Source of the DNA: the human T2T-CHM13v2.0 reference genome, Homo sapiens | Assembly (NCBI RefSeq): GCF_009914755.1 | Contig: NC_060925.1 | Strand: one strand, 5' to 3' | DNA length: 64,000 nt | Shown: positions 51,165 to 64,000 of the stretch, piece by piece | Layout of the letters: each line of letters starts with the position of its first letter | How positions within the stretch are numbered: position 1 is the first letter of the stretch | Position numbers and translations under genes: made by a program | The notes under the pieces: model-generated | Seen by the model: only the letters and a program-made list of their open reading frames with translations | Databases searched by the model: none | Told to the model about the DNA's origin: nothing

Positions 51165-52842
51165 TGAGTGTGTGAATGTGCGCACAGAGTGGCCATCCTG
51201 GGGGCCATCCACCAGAAGTTCTGTTGTGCTGGTGTCTTCCCTTTCCTGCTCTTGTTGTGGAGGGGCAACCAGACCAAGCTGAGCCAAGGTGTGACCCGTG
51301 AAGTCTTGCCCCCCATGGGCCTCCCCTCAGGAGGTCCCCTTCTCAGCACAGGTACCCCAACAGGACCCTCCCCAGGGAGTGAAGGATAGCACCTCAGCCG
51401 AGATGCACACCTGCTGCAGAGGGAACTATTCTGCCCCTCAGCCAAAAGATTCTCCTGCACCTCCTGAGGCCTTAATGGAGAGGGCATAGGATCTGGAGAT
51501 GAATTAGAAAGCGCTCATGGCTGGGATTCAGAGCTCCTGGGTTCTCACCCTCTCCCCATGCCTCCATTTATGCACATGTAAAATGGAGGTAATAATACTG
51601 GTGTCTGTCTCTAGCTGGCTGGGTCCTTGGGTAAGTCTATCCCCATCCCAGACTCAGTTTTCCCATGTGTAAAACAAGAATGCTGCTCTGCACGTTCTCA
51701 GAAGCCCCCACTGGCTCTAATGTTCTTGTCAGATACACACCTTTGGATTCTGGCTCTATTGCAAGGATGCTGGGGACTTGGCCTTGACTCCAGACTCTGT
51801 GTTCTCCGGTTTTCTTATCAAATAATACGTATCAGGGAAACAAAGCTTGCGGTACACAGGCAATCGATGAAAGCATAAAGGCCCTGCTGAAAGCCGCCGC
51901 TTCTGGGGAAATTGAAAACCTCCAAAGGCCAGACCTCCAGAGGGACATTGATTCCTGCAGCACACCCGTGGTGGTTCTGGCTTCCCGATGGAGCCACAAT
52001 GCAGGAGGTGGCATTGCCAGGAAAAGCCCCTCTCTCGCAGTTACTCATGCACCACTCAGCTCCTCTGATAAAGGAACTAGCAGCGTTTGGGTGCCTGGCC
52101 CTGGGTTGGCCACACCAGGGAACCTAGGAGGGACAGAACTCAGTTTGCACCATCAAGGAACTCCAAGTCTGATGAGAGACATGTACTTAACCAATCATTT
52201 ATGCATCACAATGTACTGAGCACCTACCTATGAGGTGGCCGGGAATGGACCCAAACTTTTTATAGGAAAAATGCTTATCTGTAGAGATTTTGCAGGAGAC
52301 AAGCATAAAACACATGCATAGATGAATCAAAAAGAGCCTGCAACATGCTGGAAGGAAATAAAGCAGAGTAAAGGGATAAAGAGTGACTGCAGGTGGGTGG
52401 CTGCTAGCATAGGGAGGGGACTCAGGGAAGGCCCCTCTGCAGCTATTGGGCTGAGTGCTTTACATGTGTTATGTCATTTAGTCCTCACAACCAATCCAAG
52501 GGTACGTGCTAGCATTAAGTCCATTTTGCAGATGCAGAAATGGATCACAGAGAAAGCAAGCAACTTGCCTAAAGTCACACAGCCAAGATCACAAAATCCT
52601 CCTATGATATCAGGCAGCTCAGTGTTGGGCCAGGACCCAGGCATCTTGACTCCAAGGCCAGCTCTGTCGCATTGCTGGAGGCAGTGAAGACACTGCGCTA
52701 AGGCCTCAATCTAAGGTGCCTTCAAGCAAGGCCAGAGTCCTTAAAAACCATCCCTCCATGAGGCCCACACTTCCTATTACTTCACCAAAGAACCCTGAGC
52801 AGGTTATTCTCCTACTGTGGCCTCAATTTCCCCCATCTGTAC

Positions 52843-53197
52843 TGTATTAGTCCATTTTCATGTTGCTGATAAAGACATACCCAAGACTGGGCAATTTGCA
52901 AAAGAAAGAGGTTTAATGGAATCACAGTTCCACGTGGCTAGGGAGGCCTCACAATCGCGGTGGAAGGTGAAAGACACATCTCACATGGTGGAAGACAAGA
53001 GAACTTGTGCAGGGAAACTCCCCTTTATGAAATCATCAGATCTTGTGAGACTTATTCACTATCATGAGAAATAGCACAGGAAAGACCGACCCCTATGATT
53101 CAGTTATCTCCCACTAGGTCCCTCCTACAACACATGGGAATTGTGGGAGCTACAGTATAAGATGAGATTTGAGTTGGGACACAGCCAAACCATATCA
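52843..53197 (-). mobile_element. THE1B-like MaLR solo LTR inserted in a MIR fragment
   Basis: TGTATTAGTCCATTTTCATGTTGCTGATAAAGACATACCC…GGGACACAGCCAAACCATATCA; TSD tgtac/tgtat. Confidence 0.9.
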
Positions 53198-55524
53198 TGT
53201 ATCATCAGAGGGTTGACCAGACCATCCTACACTCCCTCCCAGCTCTGACACTTCTGAGTCCCTTACTCCATCCACTAGGTGAGGAAACTGAGGCACAGAG
53301 TGATCTCGTGGGACTCACTCAGGTTGCACAACTGGCCTGATGGTCTCTGCTGAGCAAGGGAGTGTGCTCCTGTGGGCCTCAATTTCCCCATCTGTAAAAC
53401 AGGGATAAGGATGCTTCCCTCCTAGGGTGGCTGTGAGGCTTAAAGTAGATAAAGTTTGCAGAACGCCTACCTCATCAAGAATATCATTGAAGAGCTCAGT
53501 TACTTGGACACTGTTGTTTTTATTATCACTGTCTCTGATGTGCCCACTCCTGGGCACAACTGTGTCTGCCTCCCTCTTGCCCCTGGTTTTGGCCCCAGCA
53601 AAGAGAAGTCCCCCATTCACAGCTCCAAAGAGCCCTGCACTAGTCTGAGGAATGACTGCTCTGGGAACACAGCTTCACGCACCGTGGCAACCTGGAAGCC
53701 AGGGTGTGTCTCTGGGAGTGGCAGAGACAGGGGTCTCTCCTTATCACCTTCTCTGGGCTTCTTCCCCAAAGGTCTGCGTGTCCTGGCACCATGCACCTAT
53801 GGAAGGAGCCAGGATATATCCCAACTGTCATAATGATGGCAATGCCCCACACTTGCCCAATCTGAGCAATTTCAGAGGGGCTTTCACATTGAGGACATCA
53901 TCCAATCCTCACTGCAGATCGGCGCGTGGGGGATTACTATTATCTCTAACTCACAGATGAAGAGACTGAGACCCAGGGAAGGGAATGAATTTGCTCCAGG
54001 CCTTATAGGGTGGGGGTTATCTCTGTGCCAGAGGAGCGTGGCTTCTGTAGCTCACCAAGGTCCTGAATGGTGAGGGGAGGGCCGGGGGAGGCGGCGTGGC
54101 TGAGTGTTTCTCATACAGCATCTCCTGTAACCCATCGACCACATGGGCCTGGGAGGCAGGCACCACAATAAGCCCATTGCACAGACCTGGCTCAGAGGGG
54201 CATGGGACTTGGCCGAGGTTGGAGGGTTAAATGAGATAATCTATAGAACAGAATGTTCTGGGCCTGAGGCTTGGCACATTCTGGATGATCAATAAATAGT
54301 ATCTCTTAATGACAAATAGTAGTCGGGTCAGTTACAAACCAGGCACAATTAGACCAATCTCTGTGAACGTCTCCTTCAAATATGTTTCAGGGCAGGTTTC
54401 AAAAATTAAAATCGACTCATTGCTTTGGTTCATCTGTGGCATTGCATTCACACACAAAGACCCTCTCTTCAAACGAGCAGAGGTCACTGAACATTGGGGT
54501 CTCTTTTGTGCCACACGGGACCCTAAGGGCCACTGCAGCCAAACTGGGGCAAGACAGACCCTCCCCAGTTTGGAGGTCAATGGGAAGCTCCCAGGACAGT
54601 GGGGAGAAGGAGAGCCGAGGAGCTGGGGACGGCCCAGGGCCCACCTGCCTCAAAGCACAGAGCAGTTCCACCAGAAAGCCCGGCACCCCAGTCTACCATC
54701 CACACGTCCACATCCAGCACATTCTAACGCGGCCATTTCCAGAGGCCTCCGGGTGAAGATGAAAACGCGAGTGCAGCTGTAATTTCACGCCTATAACATC
54801 CCACTGTGTGGTGGGGAAAGACATTTGGGAGTCCCGTGGGTGACACCAAGGGTGTATGCTGCACACGGTCATTAAAATGTTTTTATCCGAGCTGCAGATA
54901 AATTGTAAGCCAATTTGAAAGTTGCGTGCTGGGCCCCAGGAACGCATTATACACAGTCATGGAAGGATTTTGAAGGTTCTTCTGGGGGTGCAGGTTAGGG
55001 GGGAGGGAGCGTGTTAAGGGTGCGCTGTTACAATCAATTAGATGTTGTGAGAGCCAGGCACCCCACTCCCATCCCCACCGAAGTTAAAAGACTCTGCACT
55101 TCTGGCTCCTCTGGAATGCCAAGGGGCAGGGTTTCTCTGCCACCGAGTGGGGCCCTTTCAACCCAAAGCTAAAAAGCAAGGCCACCCTCCGCGTGCCAGC
55201 ATTGAGCTCAGTGTTCAACCCACAGTTAATACCTCACAAAAGCCCTTGGATGTGGGCCTGGTCATCCCCATTTTACGGATGACGGAGCAGAGGCTCCGAG
55301 AGTTTAAGGGGTACATCCACGTGAGTCACAGAGCAGGGTGGGCAGGAGCGGGGCGTCCCACCTGGTCTGCCTGAGCCCAGAGCACGTACTTATACAGCAG
55401 CCTTAACTCCCAAAGGAAATTTCCCTCCCCTTGACCCAAAGGCCATGAGTCACACAAACCTCAAACAAGCACTGGAGTGGAGACAGAGTGCAGAGAGTGG
55501 GGACTTCCTTGAGACCGAGCCCTA

Positions 55525-55868
<344 letters not shown>

Positions 55869-56969
55869 AATTCCGATGGATGGGTGGGGCTGTTTGCCTT
55901 TCGGAACATGTAGGAGTCTGGAAGGAACACAGAATGTCTGTGCCCTTGCCTCCCTTCCTGTCCCCATCCCCATTTTTGGTTCTCTCATCCACTGCTATCC
56001 AGCACCTCCCCCACTTCTCAAACCCTCTGAAAGGAGCACTGAACTTGGAGTCCAGCAGACCTGGGTCCAAATCCCAATTAGTGTCTACTTTTGACATGGA
56101 CGGTCTAGTATTGAGTTTCCTTTCTGGTAAAACAGCATATCAGAATGTCTTTTTTGTTCAAATATATTATAAGGTGACTTGGATGCCCACGTACATGGAC
56201 ATTCTAATTTGCATTTATTCATTTGTGTGTTCATTCATTTAACATATATTTATTGAGCACCTAGTACATTGCAGGCACTGTTGTGTGCACTGGAGTTTCC
56301 AATGAACAAGGAGGACAAAAAAAAAACCAAACAAACAAAAAACTGGTCCTCACAGACAGTGCAATAGGGGAGGCAGAAGATGAGCAAGTGAAGAGATGGG
56401 GAGACAAATGGGATGTCAGTGGGTGGTAAAGCAATGTCAGGAAAAACCCATCAGGGATGGGGCTGTTCTAGGTCAACGTGGCCTCTCTGAGAAGGTAACA
56501 TTCAAAAGAGGTGAGCTATATGGACTTCATTCATTCATGTCAGTGATTCAGTGACTTACTGAGCATTCCCCAGGTGCCAGGCACAATTCTAGGTGCTGTG
56601 GATACACTGACAATAAGACAAGGTCCTTGCTCCCTGGACTCACATTCTCTAAGGGAAATAGCTTCATGGTACAGAGGACGAAACTAGTTTCTGGGGCTTC
56701 CCATAGCAAATTGCTGCAAACTGGGTGGCTTAAAACCACAGCAATGTATTGTCTCACAGTGCTAGTCCTAGAAGCCTGAAATCAAGGTGTCAGTAGGGCC
56801 ATGCTCCCCATGCAAGGGAAAAATCCTTCCTTGTCCCTCTGCTTGCCTCTGGTGTTGCTGGCAATCCTTGGAGTTCCCTGGCTTATAGATGCATCACACC
56901 GATCTCTGCCTCTCTCATCATATGGCGTTCTCTCTCTGGCTCTGTGTTCCTGTCCCTGTGTTCAGATTT

Positions 56970-57266
56970 GCTTCTGCTTCTGCCCCTGCTTCTGCTTCTT
57001 CTCCTTCTCCTTCTCCTTCTTTCTTCTTTCCTCCTCTTCTCCGTCCTCCTCCCCCTCCCCCTCCTTCTTCTCCTTCTTCTTCTCCTTCTTCTTCTCCTCC
57101 TCCTCCTTCTTCTCTTCTTCTTCTTCTTCTTCTTCTTCTTCTTCTTCTTCTTCTTCTTCTTCTTCTTCTTCTTCCTCTTCCTCTTCCTCTTCTTCTTCTT
57201 CTTCTTCTCCTCCTCCTCCTTCTCCTCCTCCCCCTCCTTCTCCTTCTTCTTCTCTTTTTTTTTTTT
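56970..57266. repeat. Polypyrimidine (TTC/TCC)n tract containing a pure (TTC)20 at 57115-57174
   Basis: Directly visible; units counted by hand. Confidence 0.97.
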
Positions 57267-57381
57267 GTGTGTGTGAGACAGTCTTGCTCTGTTGCCCAGG
57301 GTGGCCTCAAATGCCTGAGTTCAAGCAATGCACTCACCTTGGCCTCCCAAAGTGCTACAGGCATGAGACACTGTGCCCACC
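57255..57381 (-). mobile_element. FLAM / free left Alu monomer
   Basis: gagacagtcttgctctgttgcccagg…ttggcctcccaaagtgct…ctgtgcccacc; TSD cagatttgcttct (56963) / cagatttgctcct (57386). Confidence 0.85.
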
Positions 57382-58155
57382 TCAACAGATTTGCTCCTTA
57401 TAAGGACATCAGTCATTGAATTAGGACTCACCCTAATCCAGTGTGACCTCATCTTACCTTTAGCACAATTGCAAGGACCCTATTTCCAAATAAGGTTACA
57501 TTTATACGGACTGTGGGTCAGAACTTCAACACATCATCTTCAGGGACATAATTCAACCCACAGCAGTAACTGAGTCAGGATGTAGCACACCAAGATTCCC
57601 TGTCTGACTCTGAAGCTGACACTCTCTGCTCCCAACCCCGTGGGTCACCCTTCGTTGGGCACTGACTAATATGCAGGCGCTGTGCTAAACTCTTCTTGTG
57701 TTAACTCACTGAACACTCACAAAAGCTCTGCAAGGTGAGTACTATCACTTTCTCTTTAGCAGATGAAGAAATTGAGAGGTAATGTCACTTCCCTACATCA
57801 CCCAGCCAGTGTGTGGCAGGGCAGGGGTATATAGCCATCCTGCATGTTAACATCTCTGCTCCTCCAGAAGTTTACCAATGAGTAGGAAGCCCAGACTCAT
57901 AAAGTATTGGTACACATTAATAAAATGTTCTATCTTGGGATCCTTGTCTCTCTTCTGGAAGCTTCCAAGTGAGGTTGGCAGATGAAGTAGACTTTTGGAA
58001 CCTGAGGCCAGAGTGGCAACAAACCACACCATATGCTTTGCAAGTCTGGAGCCAGGAAACACAGCTTCCACCCCAAAGAACAGATGTTAATGAACTTTAC
58101 ATGACGTTTCTGGTTGGTTTGTCTTTTTTCAGTATGTTCTACTGATTTTTATTAA

Positions 58156-58515
<360 letters not shown>

Positions 58516-58519
58516 CTTT

Positions 58520-59945
58520 GGTTTTTCTAAAATATGGTTTTATTGAGATACAATTCCTATAACATGCAATCCGCTCATGTAAAGTGTAAAAAACAGTGGT
58601 TTTACCATATTCACAGAGTTGTGCCTCTACCACCACAATCAATTTTAGAACATTTTCATCGTCCTCCAAAGAAACCCTGTACCCATCAGCAGTTACACAC
58701 CACCCCACATTGTCCCTCTTCTCCTCAGTCATAGGCAGCCACAAACACCCTTTCTGTCTCTATAGATTTGCTGGTTCTGGATATTTAATATGAATGAGAT
58801 TATACAATATGTGGTCTTTTGTGGCTAGTTTCTTTCGCTTTGCATAATGTCTTCAAGGTTCATCCATATTGTAGCAGGTACCAGTACTTCATTCATTTTC
58901 AATGCTGAATAATATTCCTTCATATGGATAGATCGCGTTTTGTTTATGCATTCCTCAGTGGATGGAAATCTGGGTTGTTTCCACTTTTTGGCTATTATGA
59001 ACAATGCTGCTATAAACATTCACGTGCAAGTTTTTGTGTGAATGTGTAGTTTCAGTTCTCTTGGGTATGTATCCTTGAAGTAGAACTGCTGAGTCAAACA
59101 ATGACTCTGCATTTAAATTTCTGAGAAGCTTCCAGACAGTTTTCCACAGTGGCTGCACTGTGTTATATTCCCACCAACTGCATATGAGTCCCAACTTCTC
59201 CACATCTTTGTCGACACTTGTTACTATCTCTCTTTTTGAATATAGCCATCCTAGTGGATCCTAGTGAATGTGGAGTGATGTCTCTTTGTGGCTTTGATTG
59301 GCATTTCCCTCAGGGCCAATGACACTGTACGTCCTTTCCTGTGCTTCTTGGCCATTTGGACATCTTCTTTGGAGAAACATCTACTCAGAGCCTTTGGTCA
59401 TTTTCAATGGCCTTATTTTTCTTTTTATGATTGAGTTGTAAGAGTTCTCTATCTGACCTACATGTAAGTCCCTTATCAGGTGTATCATCTGCATATTTTT
59501 CTCCCATTGTGTAGATTGTCTTTTTAATTTCTCCATGGTGTCCTTTGAAGGACAAAATGTTTTAATGTCAATGAAATCCAGTTTATCTATTTTTTCTTTT
59601 GTCACTTGTGCTTTTCGTGTCTATTTAAGGAGGCTTTGCCTAACTCAATCTCACAACTTACTCCTGTATTTCTCTTCTAGGAGTTTGTATAGTTTTAGCT
59701 CTTACAGTTAAGTTGATGATGCATTTCAAGTTTATTTTTATATATGGTGTGAGGGAGGGGTCCAACTTCATCATTTGCATGTGGATGTCTGGTTGTCCCA
59801 GCACCATTTGTCGAACACACTATTCTATCCCCATTGAATTATCTTGGCATCCTTGTCGAAAATCAATTGACTGTGAAAGTGCGAGTTTATTTCCAGACTC
59901 TCCATTCTGTTTCACTGCTCTATATGTCTATCCCTGTGCACGTCT
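58520..59945 (-). mobile_element. L1MB-type 3' fragment (ORF2 C-terminus and 3' UTR), decayed
   Basis: Minus-strand ORF remnants MFIAALFIIAKKWKQP…, VQPLWKTVW and KIDKLDFI match the LINE-1 ORF2p C-terminus; frameshifted. Confidence 0.92.
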
Positions 59946-60204
59946 GGTGCTTTTCTAACCATCTGCCACCTCCAGCCTGGCTGTTACTCTCCAGCTATGT
60001 GACTTTAGGCAATGAGTTTCACAGGAAGCTCTCCTGTTCAGTTTCTCGACCTTTCCCCTTAAAAGAAACTTACCCTGGGACTGGTGAGGGTTCCCAGAGG
60101 AAAAGAGGGTACAGAAGGTCCTGGGGGTAATGAAGGCTGAGTCTACTTCCAGGAGGCCCAGCCAGAACCTTGGATTTCTGGAGAGCTGGATTCTTGCTTT
60201 CTAA

Positions 60205-60519
<315 letters not shown>

Positions 60520-61504
60520 TGACTTGGGAAGAAGAATACACTATACCTCCAAGTGAGCTAAGGAGATCTGAGGGCTGAGGGCAGACCTCACCCCTCTCAG
60601 AGGTCTGCTGATCTCCTGTAGGCCTGAGCAAAACAGAAGTAACACCACTCTGCTTCTCTGGGGGACAGCAATGGGAAAGCAGAGTTCAGTTTGCAGAATC
60701 CCCTTTCAAGAAGGCTGTCTGTGCACAGGACAGCTGTGGGGGAAGTGGGGCTTCTTCCAAGCAAAGCCGCCATACAATGGTGTGTATGGTGGTCCAAGGG
60801 GCAGGGTAGGTCAGTGGAGGGAGGCTGCCAGTCTGAGATCCCTGGGAAATCCCCAGAAAGGCAAGATTCAGAGCCTCAGCTACCTCCTTTCCCAGGATGT
60901 CTGCTGGGTGGAAAATGATCAGCTCCTTCCTCTGTCTTAGAGCCTGAGTGGATGAACCACCTGCCAGACTTGGGCTAATTACATTAACTGGCTCCAGGCG
61001 ATTACTGTGGCCACAGACTCCAGGGAGCCAGGCTGCTGCTCCACAGGGGAAGCGAGGAGGCTGCAGAGGGAGGCATGGGCTGGCTGGGATCCAGGCCAGA
61101 GCTGCAGAGAATTCCCAGAGCACTGAAGGGGAGGAGGTATGAACACGAGCTTCCACCTCTTACCCCAGAAACCCCCAGGGTCTGAGGACCAGGCTGGGGC
61201 TACTCTTATTCCCCAAGCAAAAGCCTGGACAAGCCCATTCCCAAGCCCTCTCCCTCTGCCTGCACTCCTTCTTACCAGTCTGGGTGAGTGACATGCAGAT
61301 GCCCAGCCCCTCCAAACTAGAAAAGGTGGAGGCTAGATAATCCCCCACTGGAGAATGATCTCTCTAGTAAATTAGCTTGACCATAAATGGAGTTTAATTC
61401 CTTAGAGAGTTGAGGAGTGGCTAAGGGTATGGGCTTTGGATTCAGACATGACTTTTCTACCAGCTTCTGCAACTAATAGTAATAAAAGTGTTTAATGTTT
61501 GCTT

Positions 61505-61805
61505 GTTTTTTTATTTATTTATTTGAGACAGAGTCTCACTCTGTCGCCTAGGCTGGGGTGCAGTGGTGCAGTCTTAGCTCAATGCAACCTCTGCCTCCTG
61601 AGTTCAAGTCATCCTTGTGCCTCAGCCTCCTGAGTAGCCAGGATTATAGGCGCGCACTACCACGTCCAGCTAATTTTTGTATTTTTAGTAGAGACATGTT
61701 TCTCCATGTTGGCCAGGCTGGTCTTGAACTCCTGACCTCAGATGATCCAACTACTTCGGCCTCCCAAGTTGCTAGGATTACAGGCGTGAGCCACCACACC
61801 CGGCT
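61505..61805 (-). mobile_element. AluS (Sx/Sz-like) inserted in a MIR
   Basis: Complete dimer; TSD-like gtgtttaatgttt / atggttaatgttt; MIR continues to about 62000. Confidence 0.9.
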
Positions 61806-64000
61806 ATGGTTAATGTTTATTGAGCATTTACTATATACCAGGGACTGTTCTGCTTAACACCTGCTATATCATTTATAACAGCCTTCTAAGGTCGATTCTG
61901 TGATTACTTTATCCATTTTACAAATGTGAAAACTGAGGGGTTATAAAATGTGCCCAAGGACACAGAACTAGAATTCAAACCCAGGCAGGCTGCCTGCCAA
62001 GCGCAGGGACCCAGCCACTATGCTCCCCCACCTCTCACTGGAATGTGGCTTTTGAAAGTTTATTTCATTTCCCTAGACCTCAGTGTCCCTTTTTGCTGAA
62101 TGGGGGTTACAGTAGCACCTGTTGGGGCATGAAATGTAACAGACAAGTGAAGGGCTGTGTCCATAGCTCACAGTGAGTGCTCTGGAGGAGGAAAGCTGTT
62201 CTTACTTCCTACGTATTTGGCTTCAACCCTCACCCTGTAAATGTCAGTGGAGTTGAGGGTAGGGTCAGAACTATGAGAAGTGACAATGGCCCTGTGGGAG
62301 CTCTCAAAGCCAGGCAGTGACATCTGTGGCCTCCCACCCTGGGTGCTGGCAAAGGTGGTCAGGAAAGAGGATGCAGCCAGCAGCCCGGAGTCCAATCACA
62401 CACCCTCCACTGTCTTGCTGTGGCTTTTCCTTTCCAAGCCTCAGTTTCCTCTTCTGGAAACTGAAGGTAATCATGCTTTTTACCCTATGGGCTGTCTCAA
62501 GGAATGAATAAGATGGCACGTTTGGGCGTAGAGGAAATGCTTGGCCCAGATGCTGGCATCATTGTTAGGACAGGGCAGGAAGTTAGAAGAACAGAGACGA
62601 TAGGAGCCAACTTAGGACAATAAATGCAGTGGCCGGACATAAGAGGCCTTTCCAAGCAGAAGCCACAGGACATGGGGACCAATTGGAAAGATGGGAACAG
62701 ATGTGGAGACACGGCGGACCTGGCACTGGATGGAGATGGTCCTCTGAGAAGGTTCCAATGCAACCACGTGATCTCACTCAGCAGCCAGCGATCGCAGAAA
62801 ATGGGCCGTTGGGGTGGAGAGGCCAGGGCCTACGGACCTCTACAGGCCTCCTCCCTGCCAGCCGGAGCTTCTGAGAAGGGCAGCAGAATGAGAAGTGGGG
62901 GGCCTGAGACAGCTGGCTGTGCTGAGCTACCAAAGCTGGCTGGAGTGGGGGCTGCAGCCCACAGGACTGAGGCGGGAGTGGTCAGGGGCCCCTGAGCTGG
63001 ATGTGAGCATGTTCAGAGACGGGACACTGTCGTCTTGAGTGCCTGGACCTGGTCAGGGAGCTGGAGGAAGGACACCCATGCTGCTCGCCTGCCTGCCACG
63101 GACCTCCCAGCCAGCTGAGGTCACCGGCTGAGCGCCAGTTGAGAGAGGGGCCAGACAGATGGGTTTGGGGCTCGGAGGAGCATTTTGAAGCTAACTGGGT
63201 CATCTAGCAAGAACGGTCACTTCCCAGCATCAGCCCCAAAGGTCCAAGCCTGCTGACTGCCTCCTGGACAGGCTTCTAGAACCCTCCCTCCCTCCCTCTC
63301 TGAACACAGTTCTGCAAAGAAGTGCCCTTGACCATAGCCCACCCTCACCCAGGAACAGGCCCAGCTCATTCCACCAGCTGTCCCTCTAATCCCCCTACAG
63401 CCTGCAGGGCAGAGCCTGTGGTGCCTCAGTGTGAGTGCCCACAGAGGTCAGGAGACATGCCCACTGTCCCACAGCAGTGAGTGGCGCTGAGATTGGAGCT
63501 CAGGTCTTCTGGGACCAGAGCCCTTGACGTTCCCACTCCATGAAGCTGTCAGGAAAACAGAGGGACATCCACCTCTCTGAGTGTGGGACAATGTGGTAGC
63601 CATATGGACCTCTGGATCAAGGGCCTCCCAACAGTCCTGGAATTCAGTGGGGTGGGGATCTGTATCCCCATTTTACAGAGAAGAAAACTGAGTCTGCTAA
63701 TAAAAGGAAGGCTAGAGTTTGAATCTAAATATTCTGATTGCCACTCTCCTTCCGTGGGGATCTGAGGCCCTGAGCTCGGGAGGGAAGCGAGGCCTTTGAA
63801 ACCTCTGACCCATTATTGTGACTGGATGAAGCAGACAACCCAGTCAAGCAGCACACAGTTTTTGGTGCATCTTGTCCCTGGGGAATAGAGCTAGCAGACT
63901 GTCATCAGCCTCTCTCCAAGGGAACTCGGAGCCTAGAGTGGAAACAGACCACTTGCTCTTTCGTTTCTCATGCTTACAAATCCTTTGATTCAAGCAATAT

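Larger units (their letters stand above)
56683..57565 (-). mobile_element. MLT1C-like MaLR LTR interrupted by a FLAM and its expanded tail
   Basis: aaactgggtggcttaaaaccacag…gaaatcaaggtgtcagtagggcc; resumes at 57386 (ttataaggacatcagtcattgaattagg…aattcaacccacagca). Confidence 0.85.

Noticed and set aside
56801-57419. Poly-Ser/Leu/Phe/Arg ORFs
   Set aside because: Translations of the TTC/TCC microsatellite and FLAM; no evidence of coding.
58825-59605. ORFs resembling a retroelement protein
   Set aside because: Frameshifted remnants of LINE-1 ORF2 in an old L1MB copy; not functional.

Overview
Mammalian, almost certainly human, genomic DNA: about 50% GC, dense in Alu/MIR/L2/L1/MaLR/MER repeats, with one near-pristine AluYa-type element. 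The window lies inside a large + strand gene that I recognise as IGSF21 (chr1p36, near PAX7). Only two coding exons are present, 8042-8163 (122 nt) and 50993-51111 (119 nt), joined by a 42.8-kb GT-AG intron. Together they encode the second half of an Ig V-type domain (…DNGPYEC…). Everything else is intronic, and the supplied ORF track is almost entirely noise. I see no prokaryote-type system (no CRISPR, operon or RNA gene) and cannot claim a demonstrably new system. Most notable observations: (1) four separate 110-200 bp non-tandem direct duplications spaced 1.3-2.7 kb apart; (2) a three-armed Alu in which a young AluYa4-like copy appears to have replaced the left arm of an older AluY; (3) several cryptic or poison-exon candidates with consensus splice sites, two next to UG-rich tracts; (4) a GGAT satellite containing 8 UGCAUG (RBFOX) motifs; (5) a spaced REST/RE1-like site; (6) a strand-biased CACCT(G) cluster; (7) an Alu-tail-derived (TTC)20 inside a ~270-bp polypyrimidine tract; (8) homeobox-motif-rich, repeat-free islands that may be enhancers. 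Repeat subfamily calls and exon numbers come from my memory of consensus sequences, not from a database search.
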